Source: Amphiscolops sp. MND2022
Lineage: Eukaryota
Direction of reading: 5' to 3'
DNA: 64,000 nucleotides
Assembly (NCBI GenBank): GCA_964187785.1
Contig: OZ076409.1
Location: 8,186,001 to 8,250,000, forward strand
Below the pieces are notes generated by a model. The model was not told where the DNA came from. It did not search any database and was given only the letters and a program-made list of their open reading frames with translations. Positions within the stretch are counted from its first letter, which is position 1. Each line of letters starts with the position of its first letter. The position numbers and the translations under genes were made by a program. Below are positions 60,811 to 64,000 of the stretch, one piece after another.

Positions 60811-61300
60811 TGAAAGCCTCTCAATGGCCATCATGTAAAATCTTTTTGACCAAAGATTTGTATGAGAAGAAACGTCTATTCAACTTTTTCAATGAGAAAG
60901 CCAAACAAGAGAATCATTACCGCCAACTCAAAGTTTGATCACCAAATTACAAAAGAATATGACTCACTTTTTGATCTGAATAGCAAGGCCATTTCGAGAG
61001 TATTTTTACCGAAATCGGAGAAATATTTCCAAAATATAAAAAATTTTGCATGTCCGGGAATCGAACCCACGCCGGTCAAATACCGGCCTTGTACTCTACC
61101 GCTGAGCCAAGCTGCCTTATAATTTGTTTGTTTTAAATTAACGATATTTGTATTGCTGCCGCAACACCCGAAGCCCCGACAACACCGCCGAATCCCCGAA
61201 GGTAGAATCCGAAACCTTGTGCCCCGAACCCCGTAAATCACCACTCAAACCCGACTACTACAAAAACTAGTTTTGTAACCAGAACCGCATATCCGGTAAA

Positions 61301-61857
61301 GGAGTCGGCTTAGGTCTTTTTCCTTCTGACTCGCTCCAATCCCAGAATCATACGAATTTAATGAAATTGCCCACATATGACCATACTATGTTGTAGAAAA
61401 TGACTGTAGAAATTTTTGGTTGAATCGTATGGAAAGTTTTTGAAAAAATCAAAAAAATGGCGGTTTCATGGCCATTTTTGGTTAATTTTGGCTATGTTTC
61501 TCACATCCCAGCCATACGATTTTGATGCCATTGCACATATAGGACTCTAGTATGGTGTAGAATGACTGCAGAAAATTCGTTCGAATCGTACAGACAGTTT
61601 TTGAGAAAATGGAAAAAAGTCCAAAAATGGCTGTTTTTTGGCCATTTTTGGGCTACTTTTGGCTATGTTTTTCACATCCCAGTCATACGATTTTGATGCC
61701 TTTGCACACGCAGGGGCCCCTTTTGGTGTAGAATGACTGTGCAAAATTTCGTGGAAATCGTATGGACAGGCTTTGATAAATTTGAAATTTCCATGAACAG
61801 GTCGGGAGAAAAAAAACAGCACGATTGCATAAGTAGTCGAAATTTTTTTCCGACCCC
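61301..61857. mobile_element. Small repeat-containing insertion (MITE/HINE-like) in D
   Basis: GGAGTCGG...CCGACCCC ends, TAAA on both sides, internal ~175-bp tandem units. Confidence 0.5.
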
Positions 61858-62165
61858 TAAAAAACCAAAAAAAACTTAACTGTATGATTGTTTTGGCGCT
61901 TCGTTCACAGCAAGGCTTTCAATGTAATCCGAAAGAACGTGAATTAGCATTTGCATTCGTTCCTAAAAAGCCACCCCAAGGGGTTATTTGAGATTTTTTG
62001 TGTCCATCCAATTGAAGAAATCGTTGATAAGACTTAACGTTTTTATCACTTAACAATAACAAAAAGATATCGTTAATGTATCTTCAATTTTTGAACCGTC
62101 CAATCTCAGACTTTCTCTTCTGTGTGAACTTCTTTGCTAGAAATTTTTTGTGAAAAAAAAACCCA

Positions 62166-62760
62166 ATGGAATTTATTGTAGCGGCAAGTTCCGTTGTCCA
62201 TGCCCTTGACACCGTAAACCCTGAAAGCCGAAAAAACTTTAACGAGAAAATTTTTTCAATTCCGGGCCTGAGGCTTAGTCCTTACACAAAAAATCCGGGA
62301 CAAATAGTGCAAATTTTGCTCTCCAAAGACTTAGATGAAAAAAACGACATTGTTATTTGGCACGATGTGCTGAATAATAGCATTTCTAAACACGAGAGCA
62401 ACAATTATCGAGCTTTAACAGTCCTCCAATCGTTAGAGATTTTGAAATCAATTGAAGACAAACTCCGGGCACTGGTGTACTGCCACCGATTTCCTACACC
62501 GAACGTTTATCAAAACTTGAAAGATTTAGAAAAATCCACGAACAACAAAGTGTTTAAAATTGTTGAACACTTCATTTCGCCAAGGAAAAAGAAAGATCCT
62601 GAGGATCTCACAACACTTAAGGCGTTACACCAGAGCACCGAAATTGAGTTAAAACACGTTAACTTTATTCTGCGCAAGGAGAGCGAGCTTGACGCTAAGT
62701 AGGACGCCATGCGGCCTAGTAAGTCCGCCCAAAGGCTATCAAGAGCGCAGCTGCCGTCTC
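62166..62760 (+). pseudogene. ORF0 homolog of D (SGNH-like), stop before the basic tail
   Basis: MEFIVAASSVVHAL..IVIWHDVLNNSISKH..ALHQS; stop at 62700-62702. Confidence 0.8.
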
Positions 62761-63329
62761 TGCTTCGTCCTAGACCCCCTCCATCCGTCTTTACAGTACT
62801 GTAGTTACGGTGTCCGGACTTCATTGTCTGGTTGAAGTTCCTACAGTAGTTAATCCGTCTTCTTGGGTTGTGTCCGGACTTAATTTTCCGGTTGATACTC
62901 AGAAGTCCACTCCCCGTCTTTACTCCTGCCGTTTAGACAGTGTCCAGACTTTATTGTCTGGTTGAAGTTCTATCGGCCTTCTTCAGCCCTTTGGGCATTC
63001 AGTATTGGACGAACCGTATTGGGAAGTGAATGTTTTTAAATCGCTGTCTAGTCCCATGTAACTTCCTCCCGTGTCTTGTAACTACTTTTAAAAAACAAAA
63101 AATCGTAAAATTTCTCCATCGTTGCTGTTTTTGTGAGATACAGTTTCCATCAACTCCACACCGTTACCGTCGACCGACATCTTTCTTCGTTCAGCTCTGT
63201 TTAAGCTTAATTGCTTGGTTGACGCTATCGAAGAGATCATTCCTCTATCTATTCTATCTATCTTGTTTAACTCATTTCTCGCTACCTTAATTCATTTCTA
63301 ACAGAAGTTCACGACAGAAAAATCAACAC

Positions 63330-64000
63330 TAGGCAAGACAAAGTTATAAAACGTTTTGAAAGCCGTGCCAAAGCCGACACCGAGTTACAGAGGTTGCAAG
63401 AGAAAGTTTGCAAGAAAACCACATAGACTGAGGATCGACCGAGTTGAGAAGGAACAAACACTTCGCGTTGAACAGTTAGAAGAAGAAAATCGAAAGAATC
63501 TAGCTGAAGCAACACTCACCGAGCTTGAACTGACTGAAGACTTGTCGGACTCTCAATCGGAGTTTCTAGACACCGTTTCACAACTAGGCGCTTCGACTAA
63601 AGCTGACGATAATGTCTGAGTCAGAGAGTTGGTTAACAATTCACCCGTTGCTACTGCAAGTGATCCCACAAAAACTGTAATTTTGGAACCGAACGCCGTT
63701 ATCTTCGCTACTACAGCACAAAATTTAGTCAACAGAAGAGCGCCTACAACAGCACCAACACCTTGCTTCCCAGTAGTGACTCTTGTAGCCCCTCCAACCG
63801 CACCAACGACTAAGAACATGCCACTAGCTACGGGACAAGGTTCAATAGTTTACCTACCATCTACTGGCCCGGTTCAAGGTTCCCAATCGACCACAACGCC
63901 TCAGGGGACAAATGCTCCATCGGTAACTGCAATAGCATCGGCCCCTTTGGCGACCGCCACGTCATTTTCAATTTCAACAGTCACCTTTCCTAAAAGTAAT
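63330..64000 (+). pseudogene. Internally deleted gag N-terminus of D
   Basis: QDKVIKRFESRAKADTEL.. jumps to EQLEEENRKNLAEATLTELELTED, homologous to B and C Gag; contains stops. Confidence 0.8.

Larger units (their letters stand above)
52326..61166 (-). mobile_element. Bel/Pao LTR retrotransposon C, nested in the leader of D
   Basis: 333-bp LTRs (60834-61166, 52326-52658). TSD CCCGA at 52321-52325 and 61167-61171. PBS TGATGGCCATTGAGAGGC; PPT GGCCCGGAGGA. Confidence 0.97.
51468..64000 (+). mobile_element. Bel/Pao element D, decayed, interrupted by C and a MITE, running off the window
   Basis: Putative LTR 51468-51831 (TGTTG...TTCA), the same PBS as B at 51832, ORF0 homolog at 62166 and deleted gag from ~63330. 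The second LTR is outside the window. Confidence 0.82.

Overview
AT-rich eukaryotic DNA, probably from an invertebrate animal, made almost entirely of nested transposable elements. It holds four Bel/Pao LTR retrotransposons: A (131-7602, +, decayed), B (21632-31004, -), C (52326-61166, -) and D (51468 to past the window end, +, with C nested in it). It also holds a 16.6-kb Ty3/Gypsy element (34231-50872, -), Helentron-like HINEs, several MITEs, a LINE 3' end, two tandem duplications, a perfect 160-bp palindrome and two 3' exons of a probable host PP1 inhibitor-2 gene. Two systems stand out. (1) Between pol and its 3' LTR, the Gypsy element carries an antisense, intron-containing gene for a zinc-finger protein that looks hAT-transposase-derived, plus a divergent orphan ORF. 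Helically phased CGYAT-N5-CGYAT arrays occupy its LTRs, the spacer and the largest intron, which resembles a protein-plus-binding-site (VANC-like) module. (2) Bel/Pao B, C and D share a tRNA-derived Pol III A/B-box unit in the LTR, a separate SGNH-hydrolase-like ORF0 before gag, a repeated 26-nt motif between ORF0 and gag, and a variable leader after the PBS. In C that leader holds a processed host LMBRD2 fragment. All homologies were recognised by eye; no database search was run.
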